From the sequence record MK524178.1: a stretch of DNA of 64,000 nt. The stretch is one strand, 5' to 3'. The stretch's first letter is position 1; each line of letters opens with the position of its first letter. This stretch comes from Escherichia phage PHB12. Positions 51,894 through 60,444 of the stretch are shown in pieces. The position numbers and the translations under genes were made by a program. Under the pieces are notes generated by a model. The model was not told the DNA's origin. It did no database searches and saw nothing but the letters and a program-made list of their open reading frames with translations.

Positions 51894-52673
51894 ATGGCAG
51901 TAGTAGGAATCCCTGGTTGGATTGGGACCTCAGCCGTTGCTGAAACGGGTCAAAGATGGATGACGGCTGCTTCAAGGGAACTTCGTTTAGGAAACCCTTC
52001 ATGGATGTCCCAATTCGCGGGCCGTTCAAGAGAAATAATTCATACACTTGGTGCAGACCATAACTTTAACGGACAATGGTTCCGTGACCGTTGCTTTGAA
52101 GCTGGCGGCGCTCCTATAGTGTTTAATATCACCGGAAATTTGGTATCATATAGTAAAGATGTTCCATTATTCTTTATGTATGGCGATACACCAAATGAAT
52201 ATGTTACTTTGAATATTCATGGTGGAGTTCATATGTGGGGACGAGGTGGTAACGGTACTGTAAACGGAAACCCAGGCACAAATGGCGGCGATGTAATCCA
52301 AAATGATATCGGCGGAAGACTTCGTATTTGGAACTATGGCGTTATTGCATCAGGCGGTGGCGGTGGTGGTGCAGTGTCATTACAGAATAGCTGGGCGCCA
52401 AATGCTACAGCAGGTGGCGGTGGTGGTAGACCATTTGGCATCGGCGGAGGTGGCGTTAATTGGCCAGGTGGTAATGCTAGTTATGACGCCCCGGGCGGTG
52501 CCGGTTACACTTCCCAATTCGGCGGAGGCAATGGCGGTGATGCTGGCGCTTGGGGCGGAGATGGATGGGGTAATCACTTATCTAGATCTGGCGGTGGTGC
52601 TCCTGGCAGAGCAGTATTCGGAAGTTCACCGTCATGGGGTGCTACAGGCACAATCTACGGCTCCTGGATTTAA
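51894..52673 (+). CDS. 38: receptor-recognising adhesin gp38 (T2/T6 type)
   Basis: 259 aa; conserved N-terminus [11 protein letters not shown] and C-terminal glycine-rich motifs separated by variable segments. Confidence 0.88.
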   Translation: MAVVGIPGWIGTSAVAETGQRWMTAASRELRLGNPSWMSQFAGRSREIIHTLGADHNFNGQWFRDRCFEAGGAPIVFNITGNLVSYSKDVPLFFMYGDTPNEYVTLNIHGGVHMWGRGGNGTVNGNPGTNGGDVIQNDIGGRLRIWNYGVIASGGGGGGAVSLQNSWAPNATAGGGGGRPFGIGGGGVNWPGGNASYDAPGGAGYTSQFGGGNGGDAGAWGGDGWGNHLSRSGGGAPGRAVFGSSPSWGATGTIYGSWI

Positions 52674-52691
52674 ACGATAATACCTCTCAAT

Positions 52692-52699
52692 TATAAATA
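52692..52699 (+). promoter_or_regulatory. late promoter (TATAAATA) for holin t
   Basis: Exact match 19 nt upstream of the ATG, SD GGGAGG. Confidence 0.7.
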
Positions 52700-52718
52700 T
52701 TGATAAATGGGAGGTAAT

Positions 52719-53378
52719 ATGGCAGCACCAAAAGTATCATTTTCGCCTAGTGATATTTTATTTGGGTTGCTAGACCGCATTTTCAAAGATAACGCCTCTG
52801 GAAATATTCTTATTTCAAGAGTTGCTGTTGTAGTTCTTTTGTTCCTAATGGCACTAATATGGTACAAAGGGAATATTTTTATGGATTATTACGTGAGGTC
52901 GAAATATGATACTTACACAGAAGTAATTCAAAAAGAAAGAAATACACGATTTGAATCTGCGGCTTTAGAACAACTACAAATAGTCCACGTCACATCAAGG
53001 GCGGATTTTAGTTCGGTGTATTCTTTCAGACCTAAAAATCTAAATTATTTCGTCGACCTTATTGCGTATGAAGGTAAGTTACCTAGCACAGTAACTGAAA
53101 AATCTATGGGAGGATTTCCTGTTGATAAAACGACAGCAGAATATTCGGTCCATTTAAGTGGACTTCACTTTACTTCTAAAACAGATTTTGCTTTCTTACC
53201 TACCAAATCAAAAACTCCGGAACTGGCGTATATGTATAGTTGTCCTTACTTCAATTTGGATAACATATATGCTGGAACTGTTTCTATGTATTGGTATAAG
53301 GGGTCGGATGTGTTAAATGAAGAACGCTTGGCTGCAATATGCAACCAAGCAGCAAGGATATTAGGGCGGGCTAAATAA
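52719..53378 (+). CDS. t: holin T
   Basis: 219 aa from internal ATG (MAAPKVSFSPSDILFG...), one TM helix, large periplasmic domain; matches T4 T. Confidence 0.93.
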   Translation: MAAPKVSFSPSDILFGLLDRIFKDNASGNILISRVAVVVLLFLMALIWYKGNIFMDYYVRSKYDTYTEVIQKERNTRFESAALEQLQIVHVTSRADFSSVYSFRPKNLNYFVDLIAYEGKLPSTVTEKSMGGFPVDKTTAEYSVHLSGLHFTSKTDFAFLPTKSKTPELAYMYSCPYFNLDNIYAGTVSMYWYKGSDVLNEERLAAICNQAARILGRAK

Positions 53379-53651
53379 TTAGTTGTTAGAATACATCGTC
53401 AAATGGCGATAAATATTTTCAAAACCTTCATTGAATTCACTAATCAGTGTTTTCTTTTCTTCGGCAGTTAAATTTGTAATTAGTTTTCTGAACGAATTCT
53501 GATTTAGCTGCCGACCATCTTTTTTAATTCCAATCTCATTCAAGAATCCGATGAAATTTGCTCGGTCTTCAACAATATCTTCCCTCGAGAATTTAATCAA
53601 AATAGAAGCAACAGTAATAATTTCACGTACAATTTCAATATCTTTATTCAT
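53379..53651 (-). CDS. asiA: anti-sigma70 protein AsiA
   Basis: 90 aa; near-identical to T4 AsiA (MNKxIxxVREIITVASILIKFSREDIVE). Confidence 0.95.
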   Translation of the reverse strand: MNKDIEIVREIITVASILIKFSREDIVEDRANFIGFLNEIGIKKDGRQLNQNSFRKLITNLTAEEKKTLISEFNEGFENIYRHLTMYSNN

Positions 53652-53685
53652 ACCGTTTTATTCATTCCATTTGGTTGATACGAGT

Positions 53686-53715
53686 ATAGTACCATTAACA
53701 ATGTTGATTGTAAAC
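53686..53715 (-). promoter_or_regulatory. early promoter for asiA
   Basis: Minus strand GTTTAC - 18 nt - TACTAT. Confidence 0.6.
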
Positions 53716-53859
53716 AGCTTTTTCTACACTTTTAACGTAATCAGTGTAGTCTTCCTGTTCATACGAGTGTAAGGCTAAGAACGTGGCTAATAGTTCATTA
53801 TAGACTAAAGCCTCACGCTCACGTTCGGCCTCTACTACGTTCTGAAGATTATGACTCAT
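53695..53859 (-). CDS. hypothetical protein (54 aa)
   Basis: Internal ATG with SD AAGGA; the track start at 53913 overlaps the upstream ORF. Confidence 0.4.
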   Translation of the reverse strand: MSHNLQNVVEAEREREALVYNELLATFLALHSYEQEDYTDYVKSVEKAVYNQHC

Positions 53860-54148
53860 ATTGTTCCTTATAACTATCAATGTAGTCCTGTATGTCAAAG
53901 AACGACATTTCATATTCTAGGACATTAAGAGCCCGTTCTTCAGTATAGTCAGAACCAAAGACGATAGTGATTTCACCAGGCTTCATATGATTGAAATCGA
54001 CACTAAAAGGAATACGAGAACATACTTCGTCTGCCATATCTACGATAACACTACGACACACTTCTCGGTTAACCTGATAAAGCTCTGCAAGTTCTTCGCA
54101 ACGAATAACAAGTTCAGTGGCAGGATTTTCTTTGATTTTAGTAAACAT
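53849..54148 (-). CDS. acidic protein (99 aa), Arn-like candidate
   Basis: Strongly acidic ORF next to asiA at the position of T4 arn; no motif-level confirmation. Confidence 0.45.
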   Translation of the reverse strand: MFTKIKENPATELVIRCEELAELYQVNREVCRSVIVDMADEVCSRIPFSVDFNHMKPGEITIVFGSDYTEERALNVLEYEMSFFDIQDYIDSYKEQYES

Positions 54149-54222
54149 AGTCTTTACCCTTATGTTTTTGTTTGCGTTTAGATTGAAGTTCTGATTTCTT
54201 CTTGTCCTTATGAACAGAAGCC

Positions 54223-54450
54223 TTATTGAAATCGTGTTTTGCTACAAGATTGTTCATAATGATTTATAACCTCACTTAAACATTTATCGGTAAAAGAAAA
54301 CTTTTTAGCCACAGAACATTCGATAATGTGTTCTTTCAAATCTTTAGAGTCAGTATAACCCATCTCAGTAATAAAGTGGCGAATTAAAGCTTTATTCTTA
54401 TCATTAACAGAATTAAAATAATCTGCTTTAGAATCAATTATTCTCATCAT
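54223..54450 (-). CDS. hypothetical protein (75 aa)
   Basis: ORF. Confidence 0.5.
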   Translation of the reverse strand: MMRIIDSKADYFNSVNDKNKALIRHFITEMGYTDSKDLKEHIIECSVAKKFSFTDKCLSEVINHYEQSCSKTRFQ

Positions 54451-54715
54451 CTAATTTCCTTAATTGATATTGCAACGAGCTAATAATTTCTTCGTTCATT
54501 TTAATATACATGTCACGCAAGAAAGGTTTTAACCCATCACGAATAATTGCTAACGTATCACCTTTACATAAATTAACCAAATAAGGATGGTCTAAAGCAT
54601 CCCAACCAGGCTGATTAGCATACATACCATAGTTTTCTTCCATCATATGATTAAGGCGTTTGATATCTTGGATACGTGATTCAATAGCATCTTTCTGGAG
54701 TTGTTTAATATTCAT
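54434..54715 (-). CDS. hypothetical protein (93 aa)
   Basis: ORF. Confidence 0.5.
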   Translation of the reverse strand: MNIKQLQKDAIESRIQDIKRLNHMMEENYGMYANQPGWDALDHPYLVNLCKGDTLAIIRDGLKPFLRDMYIKMNEEIISSLQYQLRKLDDENN

Positions 54716-55176
54716 TAATAAAGGTCCTCTGAATAAAGTTCTTTCTCACTTCCGCCACGTTCAATACGTACCTGACCAGCATACGTTGCAATAACCATTG
54801 CTTCTTCACGTGTCCAGTAATTAGAGTATTGGTCAATAAAGCCTTGGTCGTCGCCACAAACTTGTTGCGAGACTAATTGAGGACCAACTATGTCAAGTAC
54901 TTCAGCCATATCTTTAGAGTAATGACGAACTCCAGGAATAACCAGAGTTCCACCACTCTTCAATTTAAACCTATTAGCTGCACATACTATAACACGTTGA
55001 ACTTTTTGGTCATTATTCCAATAGCACGTTTGCCAACAGATTTCAGGAACTTCATTCATTATATCATCAGCAGAATAATTATAACCGTAGGACTGGAATT
55101 TTTCTGCTAGACTTTCAGGAGTCTCACGAGACAAGGCCAAATCTAATAGCTCTAAACGTTCTTTAAATGATTTCAT
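54715..55176 (-). CDS. hypothetical protein (153 aa)
   Basis: ORF; possible Rossmann-like core (VIVCAAN...GDDQGF), family undetermined. Confidence 0.55.
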   Translation of the reverse strand: MKSFKERLELLDLALSRETPESLAEKFQSYGYNYSADDIMNEVPEICWQTCYWNNDQKVQRVIVCAANRFKLKSGGTLVIPGVRHYSKDMAEVLDIVGPQLVSQQVCGDDQGFIDQYSNYWTREEAMVIATYAGQVRIERGGSEKELYSEDLY

Positions 55177-55502
55177 TTAAACCATTCCTTAATACGTTGC
55201 CAAATAGATTTTTGTGCTTGTTTATTTACACCAATCGAACGAATAACCGGTTGTGACTGCTGATATTCTTTATAATCTTCTTTATAGATTTCGTAAGCTG
55301 CATCAACAAATGAACTGATCGCTGCCATGTAGTTTTTACGAAGGCCGAATGGTGCGTCATTATTTTCACGAATAATCATATATTGGCCTGCTTTAATCTT
55401 TACAATTGTCCCTAAATAAGCCCCGTGGTACCAAATATCCCATCCTTCCTGAGTAGGTTCTGCACATTTACGAAGTTCGTTAATAACATTCAGCTTATTC
55501 AT
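55173..55502 (-). CDS. hypothetical protein (109 aa)
   Basis: ORF immediately downstream of motA. Confidence 0.55.
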   Translation of the reverse strand: MNKLNVINELRKCAEPTQEGWDIWYHGAYLGTIVKIKAGQYMIIRENNDAPFGLRKNYMAAISSFVDAAYEIYKEDYKEYQQSQPVIRSIGVNKQAQKSIWQRIKEWFK

Positions 55503-55512
55503 TATGTATTCC

Positions 55513-56145
55513 TCACAGTACGTTAGTTACAAGGGTAATGATTTCTTTGGACACATTAGGGAAGTCAATGTAAGTATATTTACCACCGATCTTAATCTTA
55601 ACATCATTTTCAAGAGAAGTAAACAGCTTTGATTCAGTTTCTGACATGTTGTATGCAAAGATTCTAAGAGAACCATTTCGACGAATTTCGATCTGACGAA
55701 TACCTAGAACTCGTTTTGCAAATCGAACTTCCAAGTTACTACGGTTTTCACCAATTTCTTTAACTTCAACTTTATCTTTAATATTTTCAAAAACAAAGTT
55801 TGCTAGTTCATGCATTTCAGGAGTAACTCCACGTGCTTTTCTGGTGTTACGTTTCTGAAGAAGTTCTGGAGCATTTTCTTGGGCAAAGAGGTCTGCAGCT
55901 TTTTGGATAATATCCATTGCTTCGCCTGTTGCTATAAGTCCATCACCAGATTTTTCGACTAAACCTTTCTTAATCAATACACCAATGTTAGAGTTAACAA
56001 CCGATGCATTGTATTCCGCTTCCAGAGCTTCCCGGACATTGGCAGCAGTGGTGAAGTTGTTCTTAATGATATAAACCATTATTGCAGCAGTTTTTTCATT
56101 CAGAGCGTTTTCGGAAGCTTTGATGATGTAAGTAACTTTAGACAT
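55513..56145 (-). CDS. motA: MotA, activator of middle transcription
   Basis: 210 aa; matches T4 MotA. Confidence 0.93.
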   Translation of the reverse strand: MSKVTYIIKASENALNEKTAAIMVYIIKNNFTTAANVREALEAEYNASVVNSNIGVLIKKGLVEKSGDGLIATGEAMDIIQKAADLFAQENAPELLQKRNTRKARGVTPEMHELANFVFENIKDKVEVKEIGENRSNLEVRFAKRVLGIRQIEIRRNGSLRIFAYNMSETESKLFTSLENDVKIKIGGKYTYIDFPNVSKEIITLVTNVL

Positions 56146-56204
56146 TTTATTTCTCCAATTTGGTTGTTTTGTTTTGATAGGTCTATAATATCATGTTTGA
56201 AGCA
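56137..56204. repeat. 68-bp direct repeat, copy 1 (promoter/5'UTR/start cassette of motA)
   Basis: Identical to 56458..56525; similarity extends about 9 nt further with 2 mismatches. Confidence 0.9.
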
Positions 56205-56213
56205 AAAGTAAAC
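56185..56213 (-). promoter_or_regulatory. early promoter for motA
   Basis: Minus strand GTTTAC - 17 nt - TATTAT, inside the repeat. Confidence 0.6.
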
Positions 56214-56250
56214 TTTATTTTGGGCTCTTTTTCAAAAGCCCTGGTAAAAT

Positions 56251-56466
56251 TTACAAACTCATTTCTTTAATAAGGCTAATAAGTTTTGCCTTTTTAGAAC
56301 GAAGCTTTTCTAAATGATGTCCATTTGAACCGCGAACCACTAAAGAATTGATTTCAACTTCTAAGAAATTTAATTCTTCAACAAGTGCTTTACGTGGAGC
56401 ATTCATACCAGGTTTAACTTTACCGAAACGAGTAGTTGTGTTTTGGGTTAATTTCATTTTAGACAT
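56251..56466 (-). CDS. hypothetical basic protein (71 aa)
   Basis: ORF starting MSK from the duplicated cassette. Confidence 0.55.
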   Translation of the reverse strand: MSKMKLTQNTTTRFGKVKPGMNAPRKALVEELNFLEVEINSLVVRGSNGHHLEKLRSKKAKLISLIKEMSL

Positions 56467-56525
56467 TTTATTTCTCCAATTTGGTTGTTTTGTTTTGATA
56501 GGTCTATAATATCATGTTTGAAGCA
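56458..56525. repeat. 68-bp direct repeat, copy 2
   Basis: Identical to 56137..56204. Confidence 0.9.
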
Positions 56526-56534
56526 CATGTAAAC
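56506..56534 (-). promoter_or_regulatory. early promoter for the 71-aa ORF
   Basis: Minus strand GTTTAC - 17 nt - TATTAT. Confidence 0.6.
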
Positions 56535-56553
56535 TGTTTTGTGAGAAAAATGC

Positions 56554-56575
56554 ACAAAAGGGAGCCGAAGCTCCC
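56554..56575 (-). terminator. hairpin terminator after gene 52
   Basis: GGGAGC-TTCG-GCTCCC followed by TTTTG. Confidence 0.75.
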
Positions 56576-56651
56576 TAATCATGTTTGTCCAACCAATACA
56601 GCCAAATCACTAGTGCAGCTATTGCACCGAGAAATCCTAAGGCTAGGGCAC

Positions 56652-57977
56652 TCAAAGTGCCTCCAAGTCTTTAGTGTACTCTGTCACAACATCAGTAGAC
56701 TTCCAATACTCATTTTCTTCTTTCTTAGCTTTAGCTTCTTCTGCTAGTTTACGTGCTTCGTCGGAAGTGATATGGAAGATGTTAAGGCCTACCAGTTTAT
56801 CGACATGTTCTTTATACATTTCGATTTGTGCTAGCTCTTCAGTCAAAGCTTTACGAGTCTTGCCCTGAATCACAATTTCACCTGTAATAACTTTTTTGAT
56901 GAAGTGTGCCTTAGCAAAAGCCAGTTTAAATGCTTTTTCAGATTCAAGGATTTTGTTGTCAATACGTTTCTGAACGTAAGTCTTACGGACTTCAACAAAA
57001 TCTTTGATTAAGTCCACTACGTTATCGTAGACAGCTAATTTACCCTTTTCATTAATCACTGTGATGTTTTGTGAACGACGTTCGATGAGACTAAAATCTT
57101 TCATGATTTTTTCATGACGTAGCTCTTCATCATCAGGAAGCGAGTACTCTTTACGGAACTTCACCTTAAACCCAAAGCCGTGTTCACCACAATCATCTTC
57201 CCATGAGATTAGACCTTTGTCTTCCAGCGGGTCAAGAACCTTACTCACATACGTTTCACGGTCAAATTTATATGGGATTTCAGTTATCTGCATTTGAGTG
57301 CGAGATGTGAACTTATATGTTCCGTGAATCTCATAACGCCCATCAACTTCATGTACTTCACCACGGAATTCCGGGAATTCAACTTTTGGCTTAGTGACAT
57401 TTTTACCTTGAAGAGCTTGTAATACAGCCTTTTTGACTGATTTAAAACTATGAGGCAGAATATTTGTTGCGTAACCGGTTGCAATACCGGAGACACCATT
57501 CAAAAGAACTGTTGGAATAATAGGAAGATAGAATTTTGGTGGAATGTGTTCTTTATCTTCATGAGCTGGAGCATATTCAGTATCTTTATATACGTTATAG
57601 AAATTTTTACTTACACGAGCAAAAATATAACGAGACGCTGCAGCTTTTTGGACTGTTCGAGAACCAAAGTTGCCTTGGCCATCTAACAGTGGATAGTTGT
57701 TGTTCCATGTGTTAGCCATCAATGCACCTGCATCTTGTGCAGAAGATTCGCCATGGTGATAACCTAAATCTGCAACACCACCTGCAATTGACGCAAGTTT
57801 ATGAAATTTTTCTTTATTACCACGAGCCAAATCTAACGCACGATGAACCACAAAACGTTGAACCGGCTTAAATCCATCAATCATGTTTGGGATTGCACGG
57901 TTTTCAACGGTGTACATCGCATATGCTAAGGCTTCGTTATCAATAATACTTTTTAGATTACGAGAATTCAATTGCAT
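56652..57977 (-). CDS. 52: DNA topoisomerase II medium subunit gp52
   Basis: 441 aa; matches T4 gp52 throughout. Confidence 0.96.
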   Translation of the reverse strand: MQLNSRNLKSIIDNEALAYAMYTVENRAIPNMIDGFKPVQRFVVHRALDLARGNKEKFHKLASIAGGVADLGYHHGESSAQDAGALMANTWNNNYPLLDGQGNFGSRTVQKAAASRYIFARVSKNFYNVYKDTEYAPAHEDKEHIPPKFYLPIIPTVLLNGVSGIATGYATNILPHSFKSVKKAVLQALQGKNVTKPKVEFPEFRGEVHEVDGRYEIHGTYKFTSRTQMQITEIPYKFDRETYVSKVLDPLEDKGLISWEDDCGEHGFGFKVKFRKEYSLPDDEELRHEKIMKDFSLIERRSQNITVINEKGKLAVYDNVVDLIKDFVEVRKTYVQKRIDNKILESEKAFKLAFAKAHFIKKVITGEIVIQGKTRKALTEELAQIEMYKEHVDKLVGLNIFHITSDEARKLAEEAKAKKEENEYWKSTDVVTEYTKDLEAL

Positions 57978-57981
57978 ATTT

Positions 57982-58122
57982 TCACCATATTAATGAACGA
58001 ATAGCCATTATAACATCTGAAATGAAAAGCACTACTTGGATTAGTCCAAACATCACACCATAGTACAGAACCGTAAGCAACAACAAGAGCCCGAAGGCTC
58101 CTGCTAAGATTTTCTTAATCAT
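57982..58122 (-). CDS. small membrane protein (46 aa), not in supplied ORF track
   Basis: MIKKILAGAFGLLLLLTVLYYGVMFGLIQVVLFIS... two hydrophobic segments; TAATG-coupled to the upstream small ORF. Confidence 0.5.
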   Translation of the reverse strand: MIKKILAGAFGLLLLLTVLYYGVMFGLIQVVLFISDVIMAIRSLIW

Positions 58123-58268
58123 TACTCGCCTTTTAATACGTTAAGAAGAGCTAAGACCGCTAATGTACCTTGTGACACCGCCTGTTGAAATACTGTTGTT
58201 TCGCCTGTAACTAAAGTATTAATGAATAAAAACGACCAACACAATAATGCAATAATCCATGTTACCAT
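58122..58268 (-). CDS. small membrane protein (48 aa), not in supplied ORF track
   Basis: MVTWIIALLCWSFLFINTLV...LAVLALLNVL; SD GAGGT; at the position of T4 ac/stp between ndd and 52. Confidence 0.5.
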   Translation of the reverse strand: MVTWIIALLCWSFLFINTLVTGETTVFQQAVSQGTLAVLALLNVLKGE

Positions 58269-58289
58269 TTTAATTACCTCAAAAATAAA

Positions 58290-58316
58290 TTAAAGGCCTA
58301 TTAAGCTAGGCCTATA
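58290..58316 (-). terminator. hairpin terminator after ndd
   Basis: AGGCCTA-6 nt-TAGGCCT followed by a T-rich tract on minus strand. Confidence 0.55.
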
Positions 58317-58320
58317 TAAA

Positions 58321-58767
58321 TTAATAACTCTGCAGAATGAATTTGAAATTATCTGCCAGAAGACGGTTCATTTCAGTGAGTGTTTGATATTCTGATGTAT
58401 GGTTGCGAGTGAATGCCAGAGCCAATTGACCTTTACCATAACCGGTGGTCAGTGGTTTCATGTTCTTAGCTGCAACAAAGATTACATCATATTCGATATT
58501 GTTAGTGCCCATTGTACGGGCTAGTTGCGAACGGCCTTGACGAATGTGAGAAAGAATTGCATCCAACCCTTGTTTAGAACGTTGGCGTCCTACAAAGAAT
58601 CGTGCTGCCACTTGACGCCAATCAGACGAACCTTTAACAAAGAAGTAAAAACCTTCACGAGAACGAAACTCTTTAGAAACTTCAGAACCGTATTCGCCAT
58701 TACGAACTACTGCAACAACTTCACCGCCAACTGCCAGAAGGTCTTTACGAGTTAAATATTTGGACAT
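58321..58767 (-). CDS. ndd: nucleoid disruption protein Ndd
   Basis: 148 aa; conserved core FYVGxQRSKQG...LSHIRQxRSQLART...[22 protein letters not shown] as in T4 Ndd. Confidence 0.9.
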   Translation of the reverse strand: MSKYLTRKDLLAVGGEVVAVVRNGEYGSEVSKEFRSREGFYFFVKGSSDWRQVAARFFVGRQRSKQGLDAILSHIRQGRSQLARTMGTNNIEYDVIFVAAKNMKPLTTGYGKGQLALAFTRNHTSEYQTLTEMNRLLADNFKFILQSY

Positions 58768-58811
58768 GCTAATTTCCTCAATTGATTAATGTTTTTGTAA
58801 TCCATGAGAGC

Positions 58812-58840
58812 ATTATACTCTGCTCTCAAGAGTTTGTACA
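58812..58840 (-). promoter_or_regulatory. early promoter for ndd inside a stem-loop
   Basis: Minus strand TTGTACA - 17 nt - TATAAT; -10 flanked by GAGAGCA/TGCTCTC. Confidence 0.6.
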
Positions 58841-58843
58841 ATT

Positions 58844-59044
58844 TTATTCGGTTATATCAGAACGTTCAAAAAGCTCTTCAACAGTTAAACATTCGGTGTC
58901 ATCCTCAATAAAGAATCGGGTCCAACACGTTGGGGCGATGCAGTTATGAGTTTGTCCGGCTATAGAAGCTACACGAATAAGCTGCTGGCCATTATTCAGG
59001 ACAAATTTTTCACCAATTTCAACATCTTTAAAAAGCTTAGCCAT
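58844..59044 (-). CDS. hypothetical protein (66 aa)
   Basis: ORF with an early promoter upstream. Confidence 0.5.
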   Translation of the reverse strand: MAKLFKDVEIGEKFVLNNGQQLIRVASIAGQTHNCIAPTCWTRFFIEDDTECLTVEELFERSDITE

Positions 59045-59104
59045 TTTGTGTTCCTCTTGTTTTGATAGGACTACTATACCATAATCCTACTGTGTTGTAA
59101 ACAA

Positions 59105-59212
59105 TTAAATTACATTAAAATATGTTAAAGCCAACCATGTTCCAGTGAACGAACATGCGATGTAAAAACCTGTATCGCAAATTGTTCTTAGTACAATAAG
59201 TGCATTTTTCAT
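59105..59212 (-). CDS. possible small protein (35 aa), not in supplied ORF track
   Basis: ATGA-coupled to the upstream micro-ORF; SD GAGGT. Confidence 0.3.
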   Translation of the reverse strand: MKNALIVLRTICDTGFYIACSFTGTWLALTYFNVI

Positions 59213-59295
59213 AAGTACCTCAATACAATTGAAAATATTATACAAATCATAGGGATACTAAGCAACCATATTCCGATCCACATTTTAGAGCTCAT
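59209..59295 (-). CDS. possible small hydrophobic peptide (28 aa), not in supplied ORF track
   Basis: MSSKMWIGIWLLSIPMICIIFSIVLRYL; ATGA-coupled on both sides. Confidence 0.3.
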   Translation of the reverse strand: MSSKMWIGIWLLSIPMICIIFSIVLRYL

Positions 59296-59555
59296 ATCTC
59301 AACTTCCGCGAGTTCCATATATCCTTTGTTGATAACCTCTTTAAGGTCTTTAGAAAGAATAACACCAAAATGGTCGTTCATATGCCCATTAACCAGACGA
59401 GTTATTTCGGCTTCAGATGACATATAAGGCACGTCTGAGTCCCAATGAGATAGGCCTAAATGGGTATAAATCATCCCTTCATCATCTGCGGTGTTGTACA
59501 TTGAAACAAATTCGCCTGTTACTTTATGTTTTGCGTAGAAAAATTTAAATTTCAT
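59292..59555 (-). CDS. hypothetical protein (87 aa)
   Basis: Start set at internal ATG with SD AGAGGA; the track start lies inside the promoter -10 region. Confidence 0.5.
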   Translation of the reverse strand: MKFKFFYAKHKVTGEFVSMYNTADDEGMIYTHLGLSHWDSDVPYMSSEAEITRLVNGHMNDHFGVILSKDLKEVINKGYMELAEVEI

Positions 59556-59623
59556 GATGCTATCCTCTTTTAGATAGGACCACTGTATCATAGTCCTACT
59601 TAGTTGTAAACACTTTTATGAAA

Positions 59624-60181
59624 TTAAAGATGAAGATACCACCCGTTGTAGTTGCTCTTGCGGACGATTTTCTTTAGGTCTTCATGGTCTCCCACGAACT
59701 TTATAGAATAAGAGAAGACGTCAGGTGAGGTTTCTTTGACATCCAATATAATAATGCAATCTGCGACTCGATGGTTCAAGAAGGGCCCTATATTGATTCC
59801 ATTACCACCCGGATAATCACCGCTGTATCCTGTGGTAACCGAAATCCATTTAGAATCTATCTGGTGTGTCTTGACTTCTACACGAATTCCGCAATACTTG
59901 GGATGGGCTAACACGTCCCATGCATACGTGTATGGGTCTTCTACGTCTTCAATACCTTTATTAACGTATCCGTCTAGCCAATTTGCTACTACATACTCTG
60001 CAAAGACCGCAACCTTACAACGTCGAACTACATCTTCTTTGTTTTGGCCAGGATTTTGGCTCAGGGAATACCGAGCAGTGTCAGCAATCTTCACCTTCAT
60101 TTCACTAGTCAAAAACTCATTCGACAGGATAAATGTCGGAAGATTCTTCAGTCTCAACAGCCCCAAGTTCGTCTTTACCAT
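59624..60181 (-). CDS. denB: endonuclease IV (DenB), probable
   Basis: 185 aa from internal ATG; position between ndd block and rIIB as in T4. Confidence 0.7.
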   Translation of the reverse strand: MVKTNLGLLRLKNLPTFILSNEFLTSEMKVKIADTARYSLSQNPGQNKEDVVRRCKVAVFAEYVVANWLDGYVNKGIEDVEDPYTYAWDVLAHPKYCGIRVEVKTHQIDSKWISVTTGYSGDYPGGNGINIGPFLNHRVADCIIILDVKETSPDVFSYSIKFVGDHEDLKKIVRKSNYNGWYLHL

Positions 60182-60404
60182 AGATACCTCTGATGTGTAG
60201 TTCACCAAAATAAATGCGGTCACCTTCTTCAAGATATTCTGCATCTACAGGCGGAATTTCAATAACAACTTCGTCGCATTCTAACCAGCCGTAGTGTGCA
60301 TCACCAGGATGTTTTACCAATTTAGCACAATAAACTGATTTACACTTATGATGACCACGAAGATTAGCAATTTTGGATTCTGATACGTCAAATGGATGAA
60401 TCAT
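60117..60404 (-). CDS. hypothetical protein (95 aa)
   Basis: Start set at ATG with SD AGGGG directly after the rIIB terminator (the track start is TTG upstream of the hairpin). Confidence 0.5.
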   Translation of the reverse strand: MIHPFDVSESKIANLRGHHKCKSVYCAKLVKHPGDAHYGWLECDEVVIEIPPVDAEYLEEGDRIYFGELHIRGIYGKDELGAVETEESSDIYPVE

Positions 60405-60414
60405 AATTACCCCT

Positions 60415-60439
60415 AAAGAAAAAGGGGACCGAAGTCCCC
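60415..60439 (-). terminator. hairpin terminator after rIIB
   Basis: GGGGAC-TTCG-GTCCCC followed by TTTTTCTTT. Confidence 0.75.
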
Positions 60440-60444
60440 AATTA

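Noticed and set aside
54149-54257. 38-aa basic minus-strand ORF overlapping the arn-like start
   Set aside because: Overlaps two better-supported ORFs and has no clear SD
56514-56747. 77-aa plus-strand ORF spanning the gene 52 terminator
   Set aside because: Crosses a terminator hairpin and runs antisense into gene 52
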